Positions 40,501 to 49,927 of a stretch of 64,000 nt of DNA are shown here, one piece after another. The stretch lies in assembly GCA_046290465.1 (NCBI GenBank), contig JBKAGP010000001.1, positions 1,632,001 to 1,696,000 on the forward strand. The letters are read 5' to 3'. A program made the position numbers and the translations under genes. How positions within the stretch are numbered: the stretch's first letter is position 1; every line of letters starts with the position of its first letter. This DNA comes from Planctomycetota bacterium. GTDB taxonomy: Bacteria > Planctomycetota > UBA1135 > UBA2386. The notes beneath the pieces were generated by a model. The model did no database searches, was not told where the DNA came from, and saw nothing but the letters and a program-made list of their open reading frames with translations.

Positions 40501-40650
40501 CGACCGCGTCTCGACGTGGCCATGGTCGAGCGCCCGCACCGCGGTCTCCTGCACCAGGTCGTCCGCGTCCGCGGCCCCCACCAGGGCGCGCGCCAGCCCG
40601 CGCAGGGACCGGGCGTGCTCGTACAGGTCGTCGTGGGCTGGATCGTGCAT
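37561..40650 (-). CDS. ECF sigma factor fused to TM and carboxypeptidase-regulatory-like beta-sandwich repeats
   Basis: ADDLVQE, WLATI, LLRYFEG..TVKSRLRRG; then TM and repeated GRxVDxxGxP.xGA.V / T.xDGRF units. Confidence 0.85.
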   Translation of the reverse strand: MHDPAHDDLYEHARSLRGLARALVGAADADDLVQETAVRALDHGHVETRSVGGWLATIMRNLASTRRTADARRRRRERASGAGRPDEAPSALTAAARLEAIDRLHASLRSLADPYREVLLLRYFEGQTPQQIATQRGEPLATVKSRLRRGLEQLRRSLDERAPREHWRGAFVAAFGLGSVAPATAAAGLLTLTWMMMMSWKFLCGAAAAIAFSVWLWHDGRAPAPQGAVTGVPGSAQVATAEPDPDRDLVRESVPVAAKPTEVEAVPAVTFSGRAVDEQQRPLEGVQARLRTRHWDGGKVAEQAEVRTGPDGRFELAASPREGHRFEVTLQVDGRLPVEGDWHEVEGERIDLGDQLLPVPCIVHGRIVDAQGVAQPGAEVTLQPYNRNQLRKLEPHSRIYSHRIRADEAGAFTIDGGEALAPGRFGLDNGTRAVVRPRGSWQIEPGQQVCTLEVVVAPLSPVCRGIVVDPVGAPVAGATVSLGGANARTSADGRFEVRGLAEQTDGRYVVVADLDGWRRAQADWDGDPASPVRLTMVREPGLTLRVVDQRGAPIERFAVWLCPEVGWPFGPRIDTARHENGVVTLRLRQQDRLVCVEVPGEPVRWSSVLPVAAVEGADVEQVVRVVPAARRRVLLQVGGRPLAGARCDLADRGGLTVTPGGERWPMRARRASGREDARLVQRGVSDEQGALWLEGPPGPLALVVAGDGVPDQARPIDLRGDGDLVVDVSPGGLVRGRLVPIDVVQRLRAMIDARAARRGSRDLGLRLTRGSIEHPPVTRPPLRFDERGAFEFALEPGTWQLHFDGFADRVLAELVVDEGATIERAFDVSAMDPATIELQVHVDGALAPHAFVNAMGTHDRDAVGRLVTSQSMGTADDQGRFELTTLPGDLLLVISTQPAAGAGQQLQTVVRIAGPGRRTVDLQLQTASLELQLRGPGGEALADRDVLFGRAAWQTFGRTDADGRLRLDPFVAGTWPIFVWPSQLAERGARLEYQRRHGQPALHAQRIRLEDVVVAPGEHASAVRVVAER

Positions 40651-40736
40651 CGGGATGCGGGGCTTCGCCGGGTCTGACCACACCGACGCGACTCCGGATG
40701 CAGGCCGGACAGAGTTTTTCTTCCGGGCGCTGGCGG

Positions 40737-41348
40737 CTACTCCGGTGGCCTGCCGCGCGACAGGATCACCCCGAGTCGCGCCAGCGCGCGGTGCAGCAGC
40801 ATGCGGGTGGCCGGCACGGTCTTGTCCATCTCCGCGGCGATCTGCTCGTGCGACAGGCCGAGGATCTTGGCCAGCGTGATCACCTGCGTGTAGTCGTCGG
40901 GCAGTTCGTCGAAGGCGCGCTCGAGTTCGGCCACCTCCTCACCGCGGATCGCCGCACCCGACGGCGACAGCAGCGCCCGGTAGCCCGAGTAGTAGCCGGG
41001 GTCGGTCGCCATCGGCTCGTCGCGCGCGATGTCGCGCTTCTGCGAACGCCAGTAGCGCGCGCGGTCGACGATCTTGTTCTGCGCGGTCAGGTAGAGCCAC
41101 TTCTTGAACGCCAGTTCGCCGCGCCACTCGAACCCGTCGACGTCCATCAGCACCTCGCGACAGACCGACTGCACCAGGTCCTCGCTCTGCTCGCGGGCCA
41201 GGATCGCACCACCGGCGCGCAGCCGCACGAACGCGTGCAGTTCGGGCAGGTAGCGAGACAAAAGGCCGTCGATCGCTACGCTGTCGCCTGCGGAGGCCTC
41301 CTGCACCAGTCGCCCGGTTTCGTCGCTCGGCCCGGAGTGCTCGGTCAT
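40737..41348 (-). CDS. ECF sigma factor (kinase-associated type)
   Basis: QSEDLVQSV, FKKWLY..NKIVD, LSHEQIA..RMLLHRAL. Confidence 0.9.
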   Translation of the reverse strand: MTEHSGPSDETGRLVQEASAGDSVAIDGLLSRYLPELHAFVRLRAGGAILAREQSEDLVQSVCREVLMDVDGFEWRGELAFKKWLYLTAQNKIVDRARYWRSQKRDIARDEPMATDPGYYSGYRALLSPSGAAIRGEEVAELERAFDELPDDYTQVITLAKILGLSHEQIAAEMDKTVPATRMLLHRALARLGVILSRGRPPE

Positions 41349-41385
41349 CGCCGTCGATCCTAGTCCCGTTGCGCCGCTTGTCGAG

Positions 41386-44300
41386 ATGAGCCCGTCGCCC
41401 CCACCCAGCGAAGCCGAGATCGAACGCGTCGTGTTCGAATGCCTCGAGGCGGACGACGTCGACGCGGCGTTGCAGCGGCTCGAGCGGAAGCAGCCGGCGC
41501 TGGCGGACGCCGTCCGGCAGGCGCTGCAGGGGCTGCGCGACCGCGGCCTGGTGCCCGCCGCCGGCGGCGACGAACAGCTGCCCGAACGCCTCGGCGGGTT
41601 CCGGCTGGTGCGCCAGCTCGGCATCGGCGGCATGGGCGTCGTCTACCTTGCCGAACAGGAAGACCTGGCCCGCGAGGTCGCGCTCAAGCTGATCCGCCCG
41701 GAGCACCTGTTCTTCCCCGGCAGCCGCGAACGCTTCCGACGCGAGGTCGAGGCGGTCGCGCGCCTGCAGCACGTCGGCATCGCGCAGATCCACACCGTCG
41801 GCGAGGAGCGCGGGGTGCCGTTCTACGCGATGGAGTACGTCGACGGCCCGTCGCTGTCGGCGCTGCTGCAGCAGCTGGCGACCCGGGCGCCGGCCGAGGT
41901 GCGCGGCGCCGACGTGTTGCAGGCGGTGCGCGGCGACGCACCGCCGAACGAGCTGAGCGCGTCGTCGTCGTCGACGACCCGACGGCCGTTCGAACAACCG
42001 TGGACGCAGACCTGCGTCGACACCGCCATCGAGATCGGCGAGGCGCTGCAGCACGCGCACGAACGCGGCGTGCTGCACCGCGACGTCAAGCCCTCGAACG
42101 TGCTGATCACGCGCGACGGCCGCGCCCGCCTGGTCGACTTCGGCCTGGCGCGGCTCGAGGGCGCGCAGCAACTGACCGCGACCGCCTCGCAGGTCGGCTC
42201 GCTGCCCTACCTGCCGCCCGAGCACCTCGACGGCGCGACTGCGATCCCGAGCGCCGGCCAGGACGTCTATGCGCTCGGGGTCACGCTCTACGAGATGCTG
42301 GCGCTGCGCAGCGCCTTCCAGCGCGACACCGCCGAGCAGACCCGCGCGGCGATCCGCGACGGTCGCCCGGCGCCGCTGCGCGGCCGCAACCCGGCCGTCA
42401 ACGCCGACCTCGGCACGGTGGTCGCCACCGCGATGGCGCACGATCCGGGCCAGCGCTACGCGACCATGGCCGAGTTCGTGCGCGACCTCGACAACGTGCG
42501 CAACCGTCGGCCGATCGCGGCGCGCAAGCCGAGCATCTGGACCCGCGCCGGCCGCCTGGCGCAACGGCATCCGGCGACCACCGCGAGTGTCGCCGTCGCC
42601 ATCGTGGTGGTGGCGATCGCCGCGGTGCTGTTCGCCGCGTTCGAGAGCGCCGCCCGCCACCGCTCGGACTCGCTGCGCACCGCCGCCGAACAGCGCGCCC
42701 GCGAAGCCGCGGAGGTCACCGACTTCCTGGTCGAACTGTTCCGCTTCGCCAGCCCCGACCGCGCGCTCGGCGAGGAGCTGCCGGTCGGCGTGCTGCTGCA
42801 GCAGGCCGCCGGTCGCGTGCAGCGCGAGCTCGAGGACCAGCCCGAGGTGCGCGCGCGGCTGCTCGGCACGCTCGGCCGCGTCTACAGCTGGCTCGGCGAG
42901 AACGAACGCTCGGCCGAGATGTTCGCCGAGGCCGCGGCGCTGCTGACGGCGCGACGCGGCGCGGCGGACGCCGACGTGCTCGACTACCACAACTACGAGG
43001 CCATCGACCGCACCGTGCTCGGCGACTACGAGCGCGCCGAGGAGCTGCTGCAGGAGGTCGACGAACGGCTGGCCGCGACCGATCCCGCGCGGCGCCACCA
43101 GCTCGACCTGCAGACCCGCAGGACCCGCAGCGTGCTGCTGCACACCCGCGGCGACAGCGCCGGCGCCGAACGGCTGCACCGCGAAGTGCTCGACGCGGCA
43201 CGCCAGCGGCCGGACGAGCTGACGACCCTGTGCACCGCGACCCGCACGTTCGCGCGGTTCCTCGCCGGCGAGCAGCGCTACCGCGAGGCGTTGCCGATGT
43301 TCCGCGAGGCACTGGCGCTGCACCGCCGGGCCTACCCCGAGGGCCACCCGTCGACGGTCACGACGCTGCATTCGATGGCGACGACGCTGGCGAAGCTGCA
43401 CCGTTACGACGAGGCGGTCGAGCTGGTCCAGCTGGCGCTCGAGCAGTGCCGCCACGTGTTCGGCGAGCGCCACCCGCGCATGGCGCTGGTGCACCGCAGC
43501 GCGGCGGCGGTGTTCCGCAGCTCGGGAGACCTGCAGCGCGCGCTCGCCGAGATGCAGCGCTGCGAGGCGCTGGTCCGCACCCTGCGCGACGCCTCGAACA
43601 ACTTCTTCGCCCGCACCCTCAACGACCTCGGCATCACCTACCACGAGCTCGGCCGCTACGAGGACGCGCGGCGACTGCTCGAGGAGGCGCTGGCGGCGGC
43701 GCGCGAGGCGTTTGCCGGGGACCACATCCTGACCGCGGCGCTGCTGCTCAACCTCGGCAACGCCGAGAGCGAGTACGGCCGCGCCGCCGACGCCCTCACG
43801 CACGCCGACGCCGCCGTCGCGATGATGCGCCGCATCGACCCGGACGCGCGCAGCCTGCCGCAGAGCCTCAACACGCTGGCGCTGATCCAGAGCCGGGCGG
43901 GCGGCGGCGACTCGCTGCAGGCGGCGGTCGCGACGCTCGACGAGGCCTGCGCGCTGGCCGAGCGGCTCGGCGAACTGACCTGGGAGCTTGGCCGCGCCCA
44001 CGCGATGAAGTCGTATCTCGCCAACCTGCAGAACCGCGGTGCCGACGGCGAACGGTTCGCGCGGCGCGCGCTCGAGCTGCTCGACCAGGCCAATCCCAAC
44101 GACCACCAGCGCAAGGCGCTGACGCTCTACAACGTGGCCTGGGGGCTGCTGATCCAGGGCAAGGGGCTCGCCGAGGCGGAGCCGTTCCTGCAGCGTTCGC
44201 TCGCGATGTTCGAGCGCATGCCGCAGACCTACCCGGACAAGGCCTACCCGCTCAACCACTACGGCTACGAACTGCTGCAGGAGCGCGCCGCCGAGGCCCG

Positions 44301-44574
44301 GCCGCTGCTGCTCGAGGCGCTCGAGATCCGGCGCCGGGTGCTGCCGCGCGACGCGCGCTGGCGGCTGATCACCGCCATCAACCTGGCCAGCGCGCACCAG
44401 CGACTGCGCGAGTTCGAAGCCGCCGAGGCGCTGCTGCTGGAGGTCTACGAGGTGCTCGTCGACAAGCACGGCGAGCGCTCGCCGGAGGCCCGCTCGGGCG
44501 CGCAGCGGCTGGTGTGGCTCTACCAACGCTGGAACAAGCCCGAACGCGCCGCCCATTACGAAGCCCGGAAGTGA
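41386..44574 (+). CDS. Hanks-type Ser/Thr protein kinase with TM and TPR repeats
   Basis: LGIGGMGVVY, VALK, HRDVKPSN, DFGLA, PPE; C-terminal TPRs. Confidence 0.95.
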   Translation: MSPSPPPSEAEIERVVFECLEADDVDAALQRLERKQPALADAVRQALQGLRDRGLVPAAGGDEQLPERLGGFRLVRQLGIGGMGVVYLAEQEDLAREVALKLIRPEHLFFPGSRERFRREVEAVARLQHVGIAQIHTVGEERGVPFYAMEYVDGPSLSALLQQLATRAPAEVRGADVLQAVRGDAPPNELSASSSSTTRRPFEQPWTQTCVDTAIEIGEALQHAHERGVLHRDVKPSNVLITRDGRARLVDFGLARLEGAQQLTATASQVGSLPYLPPEHLDGATAIPSAGQDVYALGVTLYEMLALRSAFQRDTAEQTRAAIRDGRPAPLRGRNPAVNADLGTVVATAMAHDPGQRYATMAEFVRDLDNVRNRRPIAARKPSIWTRAGRLAQRHPATTASVAVAIVVVAIAAVLFAAFESAARHRSDSLRTAAEQRAREAAEVTDFLVELFRFASPDRALGEELPVGVLLQQAAGRVQRELEDQPEVRARLLGTLGRVYSWLGENERSAEMFAEAAALLTARRGAADADVLDYHNYEAIDRTVLGDYERAEELLQEVDERLAATDPARRHQLDLQTRRTRSVLLHTRGDSAGAERLHREVLDAARQRPDELTTLCTATRTFARFLAGEQRYREALPMFREALALHRRAYPEGHPSTVTTLHSMATTLAKLHRYDEAVELVQLALEQCRHVFGERHPRMALVHRSAAAVFRSSGDLQRALAEMQRCEALVRTLRDASNNFFARTLNDLGITYHELGRYEDARRLLEEALAAAREAFAGDHILTAALLLNLGNAESEYGRAADALTHADAAVAMMRRIDPDARSLPQSLNTLALIQSRAGGGDSLQAAVATLDEACALAERLGELTWELGRAHAMKSYLANLQNRGADGERFARRALELLDQANPNDHQRKALTLYNVAWGLLIQGKGLAEAEPFLQRSLAMFERMPQTYPDKAYPLNHYGYELLQERAAEARPLLLEALEIRRRVLPRDARWRLITAINLASAHQRLREFEAAEALLLEVYEVLVDKHGERSPEARSGAQRLVWLYQRWNKPERAAHYEARK

Positions 44575-44575
44575 C

Positions 44576-45958
<1,383 letters not shown>

Positions 45959-46035
45959 CCGACTTGCCGTACGACTCGTCCGCGAGCGCGAGCGCTCGCG
46001 GAAGTTGGAGGATGAACCAGGTACCGTACGGCAAG

Positions 46036-46530
46036 TCAGCTGAGGACTCCCTTTGGGGCGAAGGCGATGGCGTCGGGGCGGGCGTGGTGCACGCGTCGGG
46101 CGGCGTCGGCTGGCAGCAGGCGGTAGGTGTGCGTGCCGACCGGGCCGCCGCGCACGACGCACAGCTGGCCGGCGCGAACTTCCTGCGCCTCGCGCGAGGA
46201 CAGCTCGAGCCACGGCAGCGCTCCCTCCCGCGTCGCGAAGTAGAACTTCACCGTGCCGGGGCCGGGCTTCTTCGCGCTTGCGATCAGCTGGTCGACGGCG
46301 ACCTGCTCCTCGCGGCGCTTGCGCTCGCGGTCGAGCTGCTCCTGCTCCTTGCGGGTCTTCTCGCGGCCCTCGTCGCGCAGCTTCTGCACCTCGTCCTGGC
46401 GCTGCTTCGCCTCCTGCTCGAGCTGCTCGCGGCCCTTTTCCTTGCGCTCGACGCGCTGCTGGTGCGCGAGCTGCTTGGCCTTCTTGTCCGAGATCAGGTT
46501 GGCCTGCTTGAGCTGGTCGCGGAGGTTCAT
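46036..46530 (-). CDS. DUF2058/YaiL-like protein
   Basis: MNLRDQLKQANLISDKKAKQ, coiled coil, KFYF. Confidence 0.75.
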   Translation of the reverse strand: MNLRDQLKQANLISDKKAKQLAHQQRVERKEKGREQLEQEAKQRQDEVQKLRDEGREKTRKEQEQLDRERKRREEQVAVDQLIASAKKPGPGTVKFYFATREGALPWLELSSREAQEVRAGQLCVVRGGPVGTHTYRLLPADAARRVHHARPDAIAFAPKGVLS

Positions 46531-46613
46531 GCGCGCAGTCTAGTGCAGAGCGCAGCCAGATGGGGCCATATCCGCGCTGCGCAGGCGTTCGCCGGTGCGG
46601 CCGGCCGACCGCC

Positions 46614-46910
46614 TCAGGCGCCGCCGTCGACGAGGCCCGGGTGTGCCTGGTCGAACTTGACGGCGATCCCGACGTAGCCGGCGCCCATGTTCTCGGTGCG
46701 CACCAGTTCGCCGGTCAGCACGCCATCGCGGCCCTCGATCTCGACCTCGACCGGCACGCGCCCCTCGGCGACGAAGAACACCCCCTGCTCGGAGATGTTC
46801 TGGCCGTTGCCGACCAGCTGTTCGCCGCAGAACCGGATCGTGACCCGGCTGTCCATCTCGATGCGCTCGGAACGACGGTTCTCGATCGACGCCTGCTTGT
46901 CGTCAGTCAT
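46614..46910 (-). CDS. Stand-alone PilZ-domain protein
   Basis: RRSER and NISEQG motifs; SD GGAGGT before ATG 46910. Confidence 0.85.
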   Translation of the reverse strand: MTDDKQASIENRRSERIEMDSRVTIRFCGEQLVGNGQNISEQGVFFVAEGRVPVEVEIEGRDGVLTGELVRTENMGAGYVGIAVKFDQAHPGLVDGGA

Positions 46911-46975
46911 GGGACCTCCAGCAGGCAGCATCGGCCGGCCCGCATGCGGGACTGAACCCGCAGAGCGACTGCACT

Positions 46976-47605
46976 ATGGTGCTCGCCGTGCAAGAGAGCC
47001 GCTACGACCGCGAACCCGGATACGCCGTTCGCTACCGCGACCGACGGTTCGTCACCGGGACCGGTGCAGGCACCGACCGCCGCGAACGGCGCGCGCTGCG
47101 CCAGCTGCTGCAGCTGGCGCAGTTCGACGTCGGCCCGTGGCTCGACGCGCCGTGCGGCGCGGGCCGGCTCAGCGACGAGTTGCCCGGGCAGGTCGTGCAG
47201 GTCGACCGCGACCGCGAGATGGTCGTCGCCGTCGGCGACGGTGCCACCCGCGCATGCGCCAGCGTGCACGCGCTGCCGTTCGGGAACGGGGCGTTCGCCG
47301 GTGTGCTGTGCATGCGGTTGCTGCAGCACATCGCGACAGCTGTCGAAAGAACCGACATCCTGCGCGAACTGCGCCGCGTCAGCCGCGGTCCGATCGTCGT
47401 GTCGTTCTTCGACGCCGGCAGCCTGCAGCACCTGCGGCGGCGCCTGCGACGACTGCGCGGCAAGCGCCGCAGTGGCCGGTTCGCGGTGTCGCGCGCCGGG
47501 TTTGCGCGCGAACTGGCCGACGCCGGACTCGAACCCCTGGCGATGCGGGCCCTGCAGCGGTTCGTCGGCGAGCAGACGCTCGTGCTGTGCCGGCCGAAAA
47601 TCTGA
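46976..47605 (+). CDS. Class I SAM-dependent methyltransferase
   Basis: LDAPCGAGR, LPFGNGAF, RLLQH; real start may be GTG 46988. Confidence 0.85.
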   Translation: MVLAVQESRYDREPGYAVRYRDRRFVTGTGAGTDRRERRALRQLLQLAQFDVGPWLDAPCGAGRLSDELPGQVVQVDRDREMVVAVGDGATRACASVHALPFGNGAFAGVLCMRLLQHIATAVERTDILRELRRVSRGPIVVSFFDAGSLQHLRRRLRRLRGKRRSGRFAVSRAGFARELADAGLEPLAMRALQRFVGEQTLVLCRPKI

Positions 47606-47675
47606 CGCGGTAGGGAAACCCCCCTCGTTCCGCGCCGGGCACCTGTCGATACCACGGGGAAGGAGAACCGCGGAC

Positions 47676-48119
47676 ATGGTCCCCATCACCCCTACCGAAC
47701 ACCCCTCCATCGCGCCGCAGCGCACGATCGACGAGCCGCGCACCGCCAAGGCGACGCGCGTGCTGCTGGTCGAGGACGAGCCGCTGACGGCCGAGGTCTT
47801 CGCTCGCGCGCTGACCCGCGCGGGCCACGTCGTCGACATCGCGCGCGACGGCCTGCAGGCGCTCCGCCACCTCCGCGAACGTCTGCCGAGCGTGCTGGTG
47901 CTCGACATGAGCCTGCCCGCCCTGTCGGGGGCGACCGTCGTGCGCGAGCTGCGCAACAACGGCAACGACCTGCCGATCGTCGTCGTCTCGGGCAGCGAGC
48001 AGCGGCAGAGTTCGCTGACGGACGACGAACTCGCGCCCGGCATGTGGCTGACCAAGCCGATCAAGCCGCGCGACCTGGTGCAGATCGTGCGCGACCTGGT
48101 CCAGGACCGCAGCGTCTGA
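47676..48119 (+). CDS. Single-domain response regulator (CheY-like)
   Basis: VLLVEDE, VLDMSLP, VSG, KP. Confidence 0.9.
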   Translation: MVPITPTEHPSIAPQRTIDEPRTAKATRVLLVEDEPLTAEVFARALTRAGHVVDIARDGLQALRHLRERLPSVLVLDMSLPALSGATVVRELRNNGNDLPIVVVSGSEQRQSSLTDDELAPGMWLTKPIKPRDLVQIVRDLVQDRSV

Positions 48120-48157
48120 GCGTTCGCCGTGCCGGACGGCGCCCGCCCGGCGCGCGC

Positions 48158-49675
48158 CTACCGCTGGTGGAACAGCCGCGTCGCGAACGTGGTCAGCTCC
48201 GGGCGTGACCACGCCGGCCCGTAGAGCCAAGGCGTCGGGCGGTCGTGCAGCCGGCCGAGGTCGAGGCCTTGGTTCTGTTGCTCGGAGCGTGACTCGACGA
48301 ACGTCATCAGGCGATCGATGCTCTTCGAGGCCGGGTAGCCGTCGAGCGACACGAACCGAACGGGCAGGCCATCGAGCTTGTCGAGCACCTGGATCGGCAT
48401 GGCGCCGCCGCCGATCAGCACGACGCCGCTGACGTGCGGCGCGAACCGACTCAGCTGCATCGCGACCACGGCCGCGGCCTCGCGGTCGCAGACCAGCAGC
48501 GGCTTGCGGCCACCGCTCGGCAGCACTTCGGGCAGCGCCTGGATCGAGGACAGCAGCGCCGCGGGATACGGACGGCCGCCGCCGGGCGAGTCGAACACCG
48601 CGACGTTCCAGCCCTGGGCGCGGCCGAAGTCGCCGAGTTCGCGCAGCAGCCAGTGGCCCTCGCGCACCGGCGGCGCCGCCGGCCGTCGGGCGGTGACGTC
48701 GTAGGTCGGGCAGCCGGTCGCGAACACGACGGTCGGCTGCGGCTTGCCGTCCGGCGCGAGCCGCAGCAGACAGGACTGGGTGATGTCGCCGTGCGGCAGG
48801 CCGGTCGGGACGACGCCGCGCATGCCGTGCAGCGGCGCGCGGTCGGCGGCGAAGTTCGCGAGGCACTGCTCGAGCCTGAGCAGGTCGTCGACGGCATCGC
48901 TGCGCACGGCGAACGCCTCGCCGGTGTAGGCGCGGGAGACCTGGCTCGCGAAGCCGTCGAGCAGCGCGCGCGGCAAGGGCTCGAGGTCCTTGCGCAGCTC
49001 GACCGCCTTGCCCATCGCCAGCTCGGCGCGGCGCTGGTAGCCGCGCAACACGTAAAACGGCCAGCGCAGGGTCGGGTCGTGCTCGCCCGGCTCGCTGCCG
49101 TCGAAGCGCGTCTGCAGCTCGACCTGGTAGGTTCCGTCGGCAAGCTCCGAGCACGGCACCGACACCTCGGCCTGCGCCAGCCGCACGTCGGCGATCGCGG
49201 TCTTGTGGGTCAGCAGTTTCTCGAAGACCTGGGCGCCGTCGGCGTCGCGCACGACGATGCGGAACGTCATGGCGCCGGCTTCGGGCAGCGCGAACGGCAG
49301 GTTGACCGAGAAGTTGGCCGCGCGACAGGCCTCCTGGCTGCCGTCGGGGTCGACGACCTCCGGCAGCACGAACAGACCGAGGGTCGTGCGCAGGCGGAAC
49401 GCCGCGTCCGACTTGACCCCGCGCAGGTATGCGAGCGCGTTCGCGACCGGCACGAACGGCACGCCGCCGTCGTCTTCGACCAGCAGCGCTGCGACCTTCT
49501 GCACGTCGGCATCGCGGCGCCCCTGCAGTTCGTCGAAGACCTGGGCCCGACGATGCTCGAGGTGGAGGTAGCCCCACCGTTCGCGATAGACCGGGCCTTG
49601 CGCCGATGCCATCGACGTCGTGACGCCGAGCAGCATGGTCAGGCCGACGACGAGGCAAAGCGACCGGTTGCTCAT
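48158..49675 (-). CDS. Exported hypothetical protein with degenerate alpha/beta-hydrolase-like C-terminus
   Basis: Signal peptide MSNRSLCLVVGLTMLLG; PTVVF..G, SGVVLIGG; no GxSxG. Confidence 0.65.
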   Translation of the reverse strand: MSNRSLCLVVGLTMLLGVTTSMASAQGPVYRERWGYLHLEHRRAQVFDELQGRRDADVQKVAALLVEDDGGVPFVPVANALAYLRGVKSDAAFRLRTTLGLFVLPEVVDPDGSQEACRAANFSVNLPFALPEAGAMTFRIVVRDADGAQVFEKLLTHKTAIADVRLAQAEVSVPCSELADGTYQVELQTRFDGSEPGEHDPTLRWPFYVLRGYQRRAELAMGKAVELRKDLEPLPRALLDGFASQVSRAYTGEAFAVRSDAVDDLLRLEQCLANFAADRAPLHGMRGVVPTGLPHGDITQSCLLRLAPDGKPQPTVVFATGCPTYDVTARRPAAPPVREGHWLLRELGDFGRAQGWNVAVFDSPGGGRPYPAALLSSIQALPEVLPSGGRKPLLVCDREAAAVVAMQLSRFAPHVSGVVLIGGGAMPIQVLDKLDGLPVRFVSLDGYPASKSIDRLMTFVESRSEQQNQGLDLGRLHDRPTPWLYGPAWSRPELTTFATRLFHQR

Positions 49676-49927
49676 GTGGGAAGAGTAGGTTGCGGAACTT
49701 GCCATCTTCAACAACGTGACCGTGGAGCGGGTATCCCGACGGCCGCCCAAGGTAACGCGGGGCCCGCGTCGGCTCGGCACACGACGTCGGGCACGGAGGC
49801 AGGCGGCCAGCCGGTCGGCCCCGCGTAGGATGCCCACGCGCGCCGCCGCCTGCGGTCGCCCGCTTCCTCATCGACAGACAACTCCCATTTGCTGCAACGC
49901 TCCGAGCCGCTGCGGCATACCCAAGGC

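Noticed and set aside
40651..40720. Shared ECF autoregulatory promoter (TGCAwC...) before both sigma fusions
   Set aside because: Spacing to the putative -10 differs between the two sites; too weak to call
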